Positions 1-12,499 are shown, counted from the stretch's first letter. The stretch: 64,000 bases of DNA from Azolla caroliniana (GCA_043228905.1 JBHGNT010000002.1:14012001-14076000), one strand, 5' to 3'. Notes: a model not told the origin generated them from the letters alone. Numbers and translations are program-made.

Positions 1-231
1 TGAAACATTAATCTAAGAGCAGGTTATTATTGTCTATTTGATCTTTATTCCGTCATGTGTTTAATGTATTGATCTTACGTGTGTAACACTGTGTGTTGTG
101 AATTGGATCTCCACTGGACGTTAACCGTTTGAAGCCTATCGGAGTCGGAAATCCTTACCGCAACCACCCCTTTGGTGAAGTGATCTGGAAGGACACCCTA
201 TGTTAGTGGCTAGTCCGGCCCAGGAGCAACA
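1..231 (+). repeat. 5' LTR (3' part) of element A
   Basis: Ends ...ggagcaaca, followed by spacer cagttt and a degenerate PBS tagcaaccac (238-247; TGGCGACCAC in F). Confidence 0.85.
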
Positions 232-282
232 CAGTTTTAGCAACCACGATTCCTGCGAAGAGCAGTGAACACCCGGGGGATG

Positions 283-909
283 GATGACTAGGCCAACGAA
301 CGACCCAGTCACCGAACGAGCAAAAAGATTGGTCGAGAGATTATAGAAGCGTGAGGCTTACCAACAAGCGGCTGAGGAGATGTGATCAGATCGGGCTTTT
401 TCCAGAGTGATTCGGCGGGTCGCCGAGGAGTCACTCCAGTTACAACAAAATCCATACCCGGATGAAGGAAGTAGTTTGAGCAGTTTGCGGGACGTAGAAT
501 CCATCCTACAGACCCTCGCGGCAGGCGAGAGAGATTTGGGAGCATTCTCGGCTATTGAATTGGATTCAGACGGGGAGCACAGTGCTCAGTCCAATTATCA
601 GAGCAGTTACGACACCCCGGAAAGCCCGGGAGACGACAGTTCGGAAAACATACTAACGCTAGAACCGGAAACGACAAAACCGACATCCCCGGTTAACGAA
701 ACAGGGTCGGACGAGCAAGTACTGATACCACCACACAACCAAGTGGAGACTCAAGAGGAATGGGCTCCAATACCACCTCCCGAGTCACCAAAGAAACAGG
801 AGGAGCAGGTACCGACACCACCTTCGGCAGACCCGATAGATGACGACACCATGCCATGCCAGTATTCGAAATATCGGGACGACCTGGACGCGAAAGTCCA
901 CATATAGGC
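283..909 (+). pseudogene. Element A gag N-terminal remnant
   Basis: RRVAEESLQLQ...DEGSSLSSLRDVESILQTLAAGE and DDTMPCQYSKYRD align with F gag (RQIAEDALQFQ...DEGSSITSLQEAETLLQTLAGG; DDTMRYPYPKYRD). Confidence 0.85.
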
Positions 910-1670
910 TGTCGTGAAGAATTTCGGCCAGAGGCGGAAACCGGGAACATTATCTACATCGGCGGGGGGGTGCAACGTGTGAACGCACCCATGTACATTT
1001 AGTGTGAATATCGAGGGCGCCTTTATGCCGCCGAAGAGTAGTCAAGTCAGGGCAAACGATCCCATGTAAGGCGGGATTTGTCCCACATTGTAACGCATCC
1101 CTTTCCTTGTTCTATAAAAGGAAGGGAACGCCCTTTGTGAAAAGGGTTGCCCATTTTTGCATTCGAGGGTATACCGTTAGGTTTAGAGTTAGGTTCTTCT
1201 TCTTCTTCTTCTGCGTGTTCGCTTAGGGTTTGCTTTGGTTTGGCCTCCTGTGCAAAACCCCGCTCGGCGCGACAAGCCCGTGAGCTCCCCGACGGCGGCT
1301 TGGCAGTAGACGACTACTGTAACCTACCTCAGTCCGGCTCGAAGCCGGGAATGTATTCTCCTCTTATATATATATATATACGTTTGTCTGCATATATTGG
1401 CGTCTTTGATGGTGTCGAGTGCTTCCCCTTTCCTGCGTTTCCTGTACATGAGGGCATGAGCTGTGTGTGTGCGTGTGTGTGTGTGTGTGTGCGCGCGAGT
1501 CGGTGTCAAGCGCGCGCTCCCTCTCATTCTCTCTCTCCCTTCGGTTGCTTCCGGCGTGCTTCTGGGATGCCCCAGAAACGGTGAAGTGCGACTTCCTACG
1601 CTCCATCGCTCCCTAGTCCAAGACCCCCGTGGTCCCGCCTTTCTCCACGCACACGCGCAACAACGCGACA
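910..1670 (+). repeat. 5' LTR of element B
   Basis: Direct repeat of 5594-6349; TG...CA ends; tataaaag; (TTC)n, (TA)n and (TG)n tracts. Confidence 0.95.
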
Positions 1671-1674
1671 TATT

Positions 1675-1692
1675 TGGTGAACCCGACGTGAA
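1675..1692 (+). promoter_or_regulatory. Primer-binding site complementary to tRNA-Trp
   Basis: TGGTGAACCCGACGTGAA is the reverse complement of the plant tRNA-Trp 3' end (...TTCACGTCGGGTTCACCA, from memory). Confidence 0.8.
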
Positions 1693-1707
1693 GGGCGGCA
1701 AGGGAGC

Positions 1708-3636
1708 ATGGAGATTGAAGAAGAGTTCGACTTTGAGGAGATGATGGCAAAGATCATGATGGATGCGCGACGGAAAACGGCGAGGCGAGATGCGGCTCAA
1801 CAAGCCGTCGAGAGGGTCGTCGATCGAGTCGGCCGATTCAACGGGGACGATGTCTCGAGGTTCTTGGAAGCGTACGATGCCGAGATGGCGAAAGGGGGTG
1901 TAGACGAGGTGATGTGGCTAGAGTATTTTCCTCGAGTGGCGGTCGTATCGGTGCACAAGGAGGTCAAGGAGCTACGAGAAGCTCATGAGTCGTGGGTGTC
2001 CTTTGAGGGAGCCCTATTGGAGGTGTACGGGTACACGGAACCGGAAGGAAGAGGTCGACATGAGTTCGATCGGTGGGGGTGCCGGCAACATGATGCGAGG
2101 CGGTCGGCCACAACACGGCCCGCGAGCGGCGGAGAAGAGAGAGCGGTGAGTGGGTACGCACTACCTCCGGAAGAGAGCTCAACCCAAAACGGTTCAGAGG
2201 AGCTCGACCTAGAGGTGCTAATACGGGAGGCAGGTGAGCTTGTGAAGGCGAAAATTGGAGCCAAAGAAGGGCTTGTTATGGAGACGGGCCGGAGGCGATC
2301 GGAGGATGCGGAGGAAGAAGCCTCCCTAGACGTAGAAGACGGGGCCTATACGGAGGCCGGGAGAGCGTATGATGGTGACATGGGAGAGGGTGCGAAAAGA
2401 GCGACTCTCTCGTCTTGTGGGGAATGGACGGCCATGGAGGCCGGTAACTACGGATTCGGGACATGGCGGCCCGAAACATCGAGGGAGGAGGAGACAAGCG
2501 GCGGTGCCGCGACCTTACACACACCGGCCCTAGAGGCACCGGCGGTCGGCCCGATTGCCGGTGTGAGACCTAGAGCGACGGGCGGTGGCGGCGACAAGGC
2601 GGGCAACCGAGACAACGGTATGGAGACCGTGGAAGAGGAGGCGGCAAGCATAATTGATGCTTGCATATACGGAGGCGGGGTAGCCACGAACGACGATGTC
2701 CGAATGGAGGTGGCTACAGGCATAGCATCGACGAGCGGCGGCATTGCTACCTTACATGCACTGGTTCAAGAGACCCCGGCGGCCGGCCCGAGTGCCCGCG
2801 TGAGACTTAGGGTAATGAACGGTGGCGGCGGCAAGGCGGACGACCACGGCGACGATGTGGGAGAGGGTGCGGAGCGAGCGACCCCCTCGACTTGTGGAAA
2901 GAGAACGGCCATGGATGAGGCCGATGTCTATGGAGCAATGGACGCCACTTCGAGAGTGGGCGAAAGTTTTGGGACGCGGTTGCCCGAAACGTTCTACGAG
3001 GATTTCGCGAGCATACTCGAGGCTTGCGAAATCGAGGAAGAAGAGGAGACGAGCGGCGGTGCCGCGACCTTCCACACACCGGTCCTAGAGACTCCGGCAA
3101 CCGGCCCGAGAGCCGGTGTGAGACCTAGAGAGACGGACGGTGGCGGCGGCAAGGCGGGCAACCGAAATGAAGAAGAGGAGGTTTGTAGCGGACGGAGGCG
3201 AGATCCCTCGACACCGAGGCCGGAGACTTCGGCGGTTGCGCCCAAGCGCGGACATAAGACCGGGGAGATGGGCGGTGGCCGTGAGGATGAGAGGCCCGGA
3301 GTGGGCAGGTGCGAAAAGACCGAAGGAGAGGTCCGGAGCGGCATCGAGCAGCGAGTCGGGAACCGACCCGACCGAAAGATGAGCCGGTCGGTAATCCGAC
3401 CCGACCGGGAGGCGGAGCGGAAGAAGAGTGAAGCGGGGGCCGGTCAACCGGGCACGAACCGAAGGAAGCCGGCAAGACCGGGATTGTTTGATCGATTTGT
3501 AGCCGGCCGGGTACGGTTACGGTGGGAGCCGGTGAGAGCGAGAAGGAGGCCTAGTGGGCACGGTGATCACAGCTTGCTAGAAGACACGAGGAGAGTCCAG
3601 GAGGGACTCAAACAAAAGACATCCGAATTACGGTAG
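1708..3636 (+). CDS. Gag N-terminal domain fused to a repetitive acidic/Gly-rich tail (642 aa)
   Basis: VGRFNGDDVSRFLEAYDAEM...FPRV aligns to element C gag IGRFRGKEATSYLEAYQAEM...FPRV. The rest has internal ~40-aa repeats (ETSGGAATLHTP...GVRPR...GGGGKAGN). Confidence 0.7.
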   Translation: MEIEEEFDFEEMMAKIMMDARRKTARRDAAQQAVERVVDRVGRFNGDDVSRFLEAYDAEMAKGGVDEVMWLEYFPRVAVVSVHKEVKELREAHESWVSFEGALLEVYGYTEPEGRGRHEFDRWGCRQHDARRSATTRPASGGEERAVSGYALPPEESSTQNGSEELDLEVLIREAGELVKAKIGAKEGLVMETGRRRSEDAEEEASLDVEDGAYTEAGRAYDGDMGEGAKRATLSSCGEWTAMEAGNYGFGTWRPETSREEETSGGAATLHTPALEAPAVGPIAGVRPRATGGGGDKAGNRDNGMETVEEEAASIIDACIYGGGVATNDDVRMEVATGIASTSGGIATLHALVQETPAAGPSARVRLRVMNGGGGKADDHGDDVGEGAERATPSTCGKRTAMDEADVYGAMDATSRVGESFGTRLPETFYEDFASILEACEIEEEEETSGGAATFHTPVLETPATGPRAGVRPRETDGGGGKAGNRNEEEEVCSGRRRDPSTPRPETSAVAPKRGHKTGEMGGGREDERPGVGRCEKTEGEVRSGIEQRVGNRPDRKMSRSVIRPDREAERKKSEAGAGQPGTNRRKPARPGLFDRFVAGRVRLRWEPVRARRRPSGHGDHSLLEDTRRVQEGLKQKTSELR

Positions 3637-4620
3637 CACAGAAACGGAGTCCGGTCCTATGGGACCCTCACACCGATCCGGAGACCCCAGCAGTTCGGCC
3701 AACGTGGCAACGTGAGACCTAGGGAGAAGGACGGTGGCGGCAGGGAACGGGACCCGACGACACGAGGTTTGGGAAGGAGCCGATAGGGGCAAACACGGGG
3801 AGGTGTCTCAGGCTGGTAAGGCCTTGGACAGAACAAGAGTCTCGCAAGTGGCCATCGCGGGCCGGATCGAAGCGTGACTACGGGACGGTGTTCGGCGCGG
3901 GCGAGGCCGAATGAAGGAAGCGGAAGACGGCACAAGGGAGGTGTCGGGAACGAGGTGACAAGTGCCTAGTGGACTGCACAGGGTCGGAGTCAGGGGATGG
4001 CAAGAGAGGCCGGAGGAGGATCCTCCACACTCGCTTCGTAGATCTTGGTAGCTCTGTCGAAGTGGTGAAGACTGACACGGCAAGCCGGGATGACAAGCTG
4101 GTGGGGGCGAGGGGAAGACGGCAAGCGGAAGACTCAGGACCTATCGCAGCAGCACGAAGACGGGACAGGCCAAGCGGGCTACTACGGGGTGATCCTCGAA
4201 TGCAAAGGACACCGGTATGCGTGTGAGCAGCGATGCACGATCTGGCCGGGAAAGGGGCCGACGAGGCCTGCAATGAACCGGAGTACGGCACAGGCAGTGC
4301 CAAACAACGGACGAGGGTATGTGGCACACGGAGGTCCCGGAGCGGAAAGGCGAGCGCGGAGATAGGTTGCGCAGTTCGGAGGTAGCGCGGAGAAGGCCGG
4401 AAAGGGATCCTCCACACCGTTCCGGAGACCATGGCGGTTCGAGCCGATGCGGCGATGTAAGACCATGGAGAAGGACGGTGGCGGCGAGAGGACGAGGGCA
4501 ACGCAAAACGACAAGGGACAGAAATCAGGACGACGCGAATGATCAACGGAGGCCAAGCGGGCCACTATGGGCATGCCTCGAGCGGAGGACATCGGGCCTA
4601 CGGCGGGAAGCGGGGCGTTC

Positions 4621-5347
4621 TGTTGGGAGACAGGTCCCTCTGGATGGGAAGGGAGAAGAACAGTGTCGGATGAACCGTATGAGGAGGACCCGGCTACGGA
4701 GAGCCGGATGGTGCAGGCCCGGTATGAACCGGATGAGGAGTACTCGGCTACGGAGAGCCGGATGGTGGAGGCCCTATGAACCGGATGAGGAGTACCCAGA
4801 TACGAAGAGCCGGATGGTGCAGGCCCAGTGTGAACCGGATGAGGAGTACCCGACTACGGAGAGCCGGATGACGCAGACCCGATGCGAACCGGAGGAAGAG
4901 ACATATTCGTAAATATGTTTCTAAGAGCCCATCAAGGCTACATTTGTAAATAGTCGAAAAGTCATATTAGTATAAATATGACTTAGGGAAAACTTTATGT
5001 GTTGTTGTCATTTTTCCTTGTTGGTGCAAGAAGAAGAGAGAGTGCGTAACTGTACAGAGAGAGAGAGAGAGACGAGGTCGTTGCCTCTTTTGTAACCGCC
5101 GCCTGTGGCGAAGATCTGTGAGCACGAGGTCGTTGCCTCAGTGAACTCACTGTTGTATATTCCTACATAGTGACAGTTTGCAGCCTGTGGGCTGCCATGG
5201 TTTTTCCCCTAGTTTGGGGTTTTCCACGTAAACCTCCTGTGTATTCTCTCCTTCTTTGTGTCGCGTTTTATTTCCCGTTTTTCTGTGTATCATTCTAAGC
5301 TCGGTTGTGGCCGAGCGTTGCGCATAAGGAACGTTGTGTTCCCGACA
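4621..5347 (+). mobile_element. Solo LTR (Copia-like) inserted in element B
   Basis: tgttggga...tcccgaca ends with perfect 5-bp TSD cgttc (4616-4620 / 5348-5352); TATA tataaat ~4971; ggttttccacgtaaa motif typical of Copia LTRs. Confidence 0.85.
4671..4894 (+). repeat. ~4 copies of a 54-bp tandem repeat in the solo LTR U3
   Basis: tgaaccggatgaggagtacccggctacggagagccggatggtgcaggccc... repeated head to tail. Confidence 0.9.
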
Positions 5348-5593
5348 CGTTCATACGGCCGAACAAGGGCCAACGAAAGTACGCGTACTACGAAGATCGC
5401 GGCAGAGTGCCCATCGACGGGTCAAACGAGCCTACGGGGAGGCAAGCGCGAAGGAAGACTCGAAGCCGACGGATCAAACCGGCAGCAAGCCGAGATACGG
5501 ATCACGGGAGACCGGTTTCTCACCGGCCGAAATCTCTCACCCTTCAACCAGATTTGGCACGTACCGGTGGATGTGCAGTTAGGTGGGGGCGGA

Positions 5594-6349
5594 TGTCGTG
5601 AAGAATTTCGGCCAGAGGCGGAAACCGGGAACATTGGCTACATCGGCGGGGGGTGCAGCGTGTGAACGCACCCATGTACATTTAGTGTGAATATCGAGGG
5701 CGCCTTTATGGCGCCGAAGAGTAGTCAAGTCAGGGCAAACGATCCCATGTAAGGCGGGATTTGTCCCACATTGTAACGCATCCCTTTCCTTGTTCTATAA
5801 AAGGAAGGGAACGCCCTTTGTGAAAAGGGTTGCCCATTTTTGCATTCGAGGGTATACCGTTAGGTTTAGAGTTAGGTTCTTCTTCTTCTTCTTCTGCGTG
5901 TTCGCTTAGGGTTTGCTTTGGTTCGGCCTCCTGTGTAAAACCCCGCTCGGCGCGACGAGCCCGTGAGCTCCCCGACGGCGGCTTGGCAGTAGACGACTAC
6001 TGTAACCTACCTCAGTCTGGCTCGAAGCCGGGAATGTATTCTCCTCTTATATATATATATATACGTTTGTCTGTGTATATTGGCGTCTTTGATGGTGTCG
6101 AGTGCTTCCCCTTTCCTGCGTTTCCTGTACATGAGGGCGTGAGTTGTGTGTGTGTGCGTGTGTGTGTGTGTGCGCGCGAGTCGGTGTCAAGCGCGCGCTC
6201 CCTCTCATTCTCTCTCCCTTCGGTTGCTTCCGGCGTGCTTCTGGGATGCCTCGGAAACGGTGAAGTGCGACTTCCTACGCTCCGTCGCTCCCTAGTCCAA
6301 GACCCCCGTGGTCCCGCCTTTCTCCACGCACACGCGCAACAACACGACA
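5594..6349 (+). repeat. 3' LTR of element B
   Basis: Direct repeat of 910-1670. Confidence 0.95.
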
Positions 6350-6860
6350 ACGCCTTCCTCCAAACATGGGAGGCAAACTACATGTCCCAACAACTGAATG
6401 AAGCAGAGGCCAAGCGGTCAAAGATAGAGGAGTTAAACCGAGATGAGCGGAAACGGTTGGCGGTACAAAGCCGTCCCTTTTGTTTACTACAGGACACGTT
6501 ATACCATAAAGGAGCCGATGCAATTTGGCGACATGCGGTCCGGAGCAACGAAAAAGACGCAATCCTACGGGAAGTTAATTGTGGAGTGGTAGGAGGCCAG
6601 TATGTCGGAGACGCAACGGCAAGGAAAATATGGAGAAGAGGAATATGGTGGCCCACAACACTAAAAGACGCCATCTGGTATGCAAGGGAATGCGACCTCA
6701 GTCAAAGAATGGGTCAGGCAACGAAGAAAGCAATGATGCCGCATCAGTCGGTGTTACCGTTGGATCCCTTCCAAAAATGGGGATGGGATTTTGTCGGGCC
6801 ATTCAAAACACCGACGATGAGAACCGGTAACCGGTATATTATTGTTGCAACAGATTAGTG
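6350..6860 (+). pseudogene. Element A gag fused in frame to the pre-integrase/integrase region (rest of gag, PR, RT and RH deleted)
   Basis: AFLQTWEANYMSQQLNEAEAKRSK (gag) runs directly into LNRDERKRLAVQSR...FQKWGWDFVGP (integrase); about 3.7 kb is missing relative to F. Confidence 0.85.
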
Positions 6861-8722
6861 TGTGAAAACGAAGGTGCGGGAGTGTTAGACAACCGGCTTA
6901 GCCGGATATCAACAGAGAGAGAGAGAGATTAACACACAGAAGATACGCAGGAGAGACAGAGAGACAGAGTAGAACAACTTAAATCTGTTATCAACAACTC
7001 TGTAAAATTCTTTGTACATACAACGTGCTCAACAACACTATTTATACAAGTCCTAAGAGAACTGACAAAAGTACAATGTACTTCAATGCTCACACGAGCG
7101 TCTGACACTAACTATGAGACATTAACTACCTAGTAGTCTAGGCTACTACTAGGCTTCCGGTTACTGCTTGATCTGGCTAACCGGCTCCCCAGCTCACCGG
7201 CTCACCGATCCGGCTCAGGCTTATTCATCCCCCTCAAGCTCAACTTGAGGTCGGATCGTAGTGTCAGTCTCCATGGCAACCGGTCCTTCCATCCGGCTCC
7301 TTCTAGCGTCACTCCGCCTCGCTCGCGCCCCTCGTTCGGTCCGGTCCCATTTGCCGCAACCCTTCTGATACTGCACACCTCAACCTCCTTGGTCGGCTTG
7401 TTTGCTCAATAGGCCCATTTGAGCTCCCTTGCTGCTGTGACTTCGGCTCTTGCCAATTCTCCAATTACTTCGTGTTGGCGTCGACTTTCGTTGCCTTCTC
7501 GTCCTCTTGGCCTTGAATTGATTCGGTTCTTCCGAACCCGTCTGTTGAACCAAATTGGCTGTCTCCGATCCAGCTCTTGTCTGAATCGGTTGCTCCCGAT
7601 TCATTTTCTGGTTCCAGGCCCTTCAACACATCGGACCATGTCCAGGTCTTGGCCTTCTTCTTCCAGTCGGCTCTTATCCTTCTTGAATCTGCCGTCGTTG
7701 CCGCTTGTTCGGACTTGTTCGGATGTGTCAACTTCCTTTGTCGACTTGGCTCCTTTCTTCTTCTTGTCTCTCCCTTTGTCGGTTCTTCCCTTACCGACGC
7801 AATCGGTAATTTCTTTGCCTTTGCCCGTTCCAATGTCTTTGCCCGTTCTCCCCCTCACTTGTTGCACGTCGAGATGCTGAACGCCAAGCATTTCAGTGAA
7901 GTGCTGCAACTTCTCCGATCCGAGCGGTTTGGTGAAGATGTCGGCAACTTTTCGATCCATATGAACATACCGAAGTTCGACGTCACCGCTCAGGACACAC
8001 TCACGCACGAAGTGGTAGTGCACTTCTATGTGCTTTGTGGGAGCATGGAATATGGGGTTCTTGGCGAGCTGCATGCTACTTATGTTGTCGCAGTAGACTA
8101 GGATCGGGGTCGGTACCTCGATCCACAAGTCTTGTAGCAGTCCGGAGCCAAATGGCTTCACAGCTGGCGACGGTAGCACCCCGGTATTCAGCCTCAGTGT
8201 TCGAAAGGGCCACTATTGGCTGATTTTTGTTGCTCCACGAAATAGCCACGCAACCAAGGGAAAACATATAGCCCGAGGAAATGGTTCACGCGCAAGGAGA
8301 AGGGGAAGAAGAAGATGCAGGAATACAAAACCGACAACGTTGAGTCGGATTGGAGCGAATCCGACTCCGGAATGGTTGAAGGTGGATCTTCGGCAACGAA
8401 GACCGAACCGGCCAAGAAGGGTCTCAAACCGGGTAACGATAATTTATGGCGGTCTTCCCGCCAAAAGAACCCCGTGAAGTGGTACGGGTACAATTAGTAC
8501 ATGGCGCATCACTATGCGTACATGACCAAGGTGGTGGAAGTGCCTGAGCTGGAGAGCTACGCAGAAGCGGCAAAGGATGCAAATTGGCGTGCCGCTATGG
8601 AGGAAGAAATGCAAGCACTTGATGCCAACGATATAGCTCACCAGCTCCCTAGCTCACCGGCTCACCGATCTGGCTCAGGCTTATTCAGCCAATCTGGATA
8701 CAGTTGAGCTTGCCGCTCAACA
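6861..8722 (-). mobile_element. Element D: rearranged Ty1/Copia remnant
   Basis: LTR 6861-~7227, PPT, RNase H on minus strand (YCDNISSMQLAKNPIFHAPTKHIEVHYHF), an inverted INT-RT linker at ~8270-8632, and an LTR end 8633-8722 (...ctcaaca). Flanks tagtg/aagtg. Confidence 0.8.
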
Positions 8723-9500
8723 AAGTGGATGGAAGCAAAAGCACTTAGAGATAATATCACGACATCGACAATGAAATTTCTATATGAGCACATTTGGTGC
8801 CGTTACGGATGTTCAATCGAGCTGATTAACAATCAGGGTGGACACTTCCTCGGACAAGTGGTGTAGAGCTTAACGACATTCTATGCAGAGGTGCGCAAGC
8901 GCAATACGCCATACTACCCGTAGGCCAATGGATTAGCGGAGTCCACCAACAAGACACTTCAGAATATTCTACCGTAGGTCAATGAAAACCGGACCGATTG
9001 GGACACGAAGCTACAGAGTGCGCTATGGGTATACCGAACAACATATAAGACAAGTATCCGAACAACACTGTTCCAGTTAGCTTTTGGATTGGAAGCAATA
9101 ATGCCTATGGAGTTTCAGATTCCGAGTTTACAAATACAAGTCCGGGAGAGGTCGAGCGAGAAAGAATCGAAAAAACTCCGGTTGTAAACATTGTGCGAGT
9201 TGGAAGACCACCGGATAGTTACTATACTCCAGTTGGAGCTCGAACAAAGACGGTGGAAAGCGTTCATCGACCGGCACCAGAAGGGGAATGAAAAGTTGTT
9301 CGGGATCGGCAAGGCGGTACTGGTATTCCAGACCCGGATGGAAACTATGGTTTCGGTGGACTAGACCATATTAGATAACACGAGAATTCAAGGGGTCCTA
9401 TCAATTAGGAACGTTGGCCGATGAAATCCTAGAGAAGTGGGTAAATGGTTGCCGACTGAAACCTTATCACGGACCAATGCCACGAAATCCATTCAAGCAA
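8723..9500 (+). pseudogene. Element A integrase core and C-terminus (degenerate)
   Basis: KWMEAKALRDN...TPYYP*ANGLAESTNKTLQNIL...KWVNG..LKPY, collinear with F; many stops. Confidence 0.85.
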
Positions 9501-9895
9501 CTAGGTGACGGAGTGGATACCAGGAGCGGTAACCAGGAGGCACTTAAACTGGATCCGGCAGTGCCAGTTACTACGGGAATATGATAATAGTTCTCCGTAC
9601 AAGAAAAAAACGATGATGATGAATGGACACCCCAAAACGGTGTGACGTCAGCTATTTAAAGTGCACCACGCAGCGTACAACCCTTATTATGGTACACAAC
9701 GTGCATGCACGGGAACCAAGAAAAGGCGGCAAAATGGGGACACAAAACATCTGCATAGCAGAAGCGTTTTCATTTCGCGAGAACAAAGCATACAAAGACC
9801 AGAGGCGGATACAGGTTATCAAACGTGCACAAAAAGGAAGCACCGACGCGCCAAAGCTCCCTAGCACAAGCGAAATCGACAACAACCTTGCACCA

Positions 9896-11813
9896 ATGGC
9901 ACTCTCTGAAACGGCAAAGAAGTGGTTAACCCAGAACGAACTAGAGGGTTTCCTCTGGGTAGTCAATGCACATCCTCACGAAGAATCGGTAAAGTTCACG
10001 CAGAAAATCGACCTTGAAGAAATCACGTAGGATGTTATTCGAGCCCTCATCGGTCTACCATACGGAGGGCTTTTCTCCATCAAGAATCCTTCCCCAGAGA
10101 TGTTGACAAAGTTCTTCGAAGAATACTCCCTCACTAGCAAAGCATACCAGACATAGGGCGACGAAGATGCCCTATTTCGAGAAGTAGCCCGTGTGCTTCA
10201 TGAATATGGCTTCATACACCCTCGCCCTCACGCAATGCCTAAGTACAGGGTCGGTTTCATCATCGCAACATATGAAGGGGTTCGAGTGGATTGGCCGGTG
10301 ATCACCTCTGATTCATTGCGAGCGGCCATCCAATCAATTGTGGATGGAAAGAAGGTCTGGACTGCAATGGTGCAATGGCTCACCCTTCTCGCACCCCCAG
10401 TACTAGCCATAAAAGACAAGAAGTGGGCTCGAACGATATAAACAAGGCCCACCAAGCCATCTAAGTGGCAACAACTCCTCGCCAAGCACACTCCCAGATG
10501 GTCAGAGGGAGGATCAACACAAAAGGAACAAGAACTATCAACATAGGTGGAAAAGGAAAACCCAAGCCGAAAACAGGAGGCGCCAACGCAGCTACCGATG
10601 AAGCCCCTAAAAATAAAACTGCACCGGCAAGCGCGAGAGCCGCCCACATTGGATGAAAAGATTAACATTGAAACCCAGGAGGAGGAGGGATAAAGAACCC
10701 ACCGACAATCTCCAATGTCGCCATCGAAGACGCGACGCAGAGGAGCGCGGGGACGGATCGAATCTGGAGAAGGATAGCACACCAACTCCCCGTGCCAAGG
10801 GACAAGAGCCAAAGCAGGAGACTGGGCCTATTTGGCCAGAAGCGGTGGCACCAAATATACCAGAACCGGTGACGAAACTACACATCTCACCGGATCGACA
10901 GGCACAACAAGAACAGGAGTTGATGTCAGAGCCAACAATACAACAAGGGCTCGAGGCGAGACCGGAGCCGGCACCACAACCGGAACGAGTGAGACAACAA
11001 GGCACCAGAAGTCAATGGTTGCATTGGATCGGAGAGCAGGTGGTTGGAGTGGTGAGTTGAACAGAAGAAGAAGAAAAAGCGCAATGGGACCGGTTGTTCG
11101 CCACCACCGAGGAATTGGAGAAGGCCTGGACACGAATCGGGAGCTTGGAAGAAGACCTAGAGAAGGCCAAGGAAGACGCAACCAGGGAGGTCCTTACAAG
11201 GCCAACTATATCAGAACCGGTGGTACTAGTTAATTTACAAACAAGCATTGAACCGATTGCTTCTACAGAACCAGATAGCAATAATGCACGAGAACACGAA
11301 CTCTCCACCCTAAGGGAGGAGTTAGCAGCTCAGGAGGCCTTGTGGGCCAGAGAAAGGGAGCAAAAGAAGAAAAGGGAGGAGGAGAAGCGGAAAATAGAAG
11401 AGAACCTCCAAAAGACTTAGGCAGCCAACGACCGGTTAAAAGAGGCAAAAGACAAATTGCTACAAGAGAAAGACAAGTTGCGTTAGATGGTAGAAGGAGA
11501 GATTGAACAACTGAAAGAAGAGCTCCGACAATAGAAAGACAAAGAAGACCGAGCAAGAAGTCAAATCAACCAGAGGTTAAATCAGAAGACTGAGGACTTT
11601 GAAAGACTACACCGGGATCACAAGCACTTGGATGCGAAGCACAAGCAGTTGATGGAGGAAAGTGACCGGTAGCAAGAGAAGATTACAGAACTCCGGAATG
11701 AGTTAACCAAGAAAACAGATGCGATGACAGAAGAACGAAATAAAGTGGTTGAGTAGGCAAAGCGGTTAGAGGAAGCAGTAAGGGAAAGGACGGTGCTCAC
11801 CCAACAACACTAT
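9896..11813 (+). pseudogene. Element A extra ORF, 5' part (degenerate)
   Basis: MALSETAKKWLTQNELEG...ATYEGVRVDW...QWLTLL matches F extra ORF MALSEGARQWLTENGLGG...ATFEGLQVDW...QWLTVL. Confidence 0.85.
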
Positions 11814-12247
11814 TGTAAAAAGAATAGCGTGCGGAAGCAAGTAGAAAACCGAACACCGAGAATATGCAGGTTTAATGGAGAGCTAGTATATGCACAGTAC
11901 ACGGGAGAGACAGAGAGAATACACAGAGAACTAAATTCAAAATAATACTCAATCTCTGTACATAGGATGAGCTCAGTGAGCACTTTTATACAAGTCCATA
12001 TGGACTAACAGAAGTACTGACACGTACTTCAATGCTCACGAGTGAGCTCTACACTAATTCCCAAAATATATTCGTACGCGGAATACCTTCCCAACGGCCT
12101 CGTGGTTCATGCACCGCTACGGCTTCCCGTTGCATACCAATCTGTGCACCGGTTTATGCACCAGTCCGGCCTAACCGATCGATCCCAACCAATCCAGTTC
12201 TCGGTTTGCACAGCCGATCCGGCCAATGTTGAGCTTGTATCTCAACA
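11814..12247 (-). repeat. 3' LTR of Copia E
   Basis: Repeat of 38855-39237. Confidence 0.93.
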
Positions 12248-12499
12248 CTCCCCCTCAAGCTCAACTTGAGGTTCCATCTATTCTTCCGGATCTGTGCTCT
12301 GGTTCCTTCTGGCTTCATGCCTCACTCATGCTCCTCGATCTATTCGATTCCGCATGCCTCGACCCTTCCGGTCGGCTTGTCTGCTCACACGGCCCTTCTC
12401 AGCTTCCTTCCTATTGCGGTGTTGGCGCCTCTTCTGCTGCCTTCTCTTCCACTTGGCCCTTGGTTCATTCAGAATATCTGAATCAAACATCCGAACCAA

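Larger units (their letters stand above)
910..6349 (+). mobile_element. Element B: non-autonomous (gag-only) LTR retrotransposon related to family C
   Basis: Near-identical LTRs 910-1670 and 5594-6349 (tgtcg...cgaca), PBS 1675-1692, PPT ggtgggggcgga, probable 4-bp TSD aggc/acgc. No recognisable pol. Confidence 0.9.

Noticed and set aside
1964-4600. Numerous antisense and overlapping ORFs in GC-rich element B (and similar ones in C and F)
   Set aside because: Shadow ORFs arising from high GC content and codon bias.
4671-4894. Regular repeats resembling a CRISPR array
   Set aside because: Contiguous 54-bp tandem units without unique spacers, inside a eukaryotic solo LTR; no cas genes.
5830-6858. 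342-aa ORF as a gene
   Set aside because: Chance read-through from the B 3' LTR into element A gag/integrase remnants.
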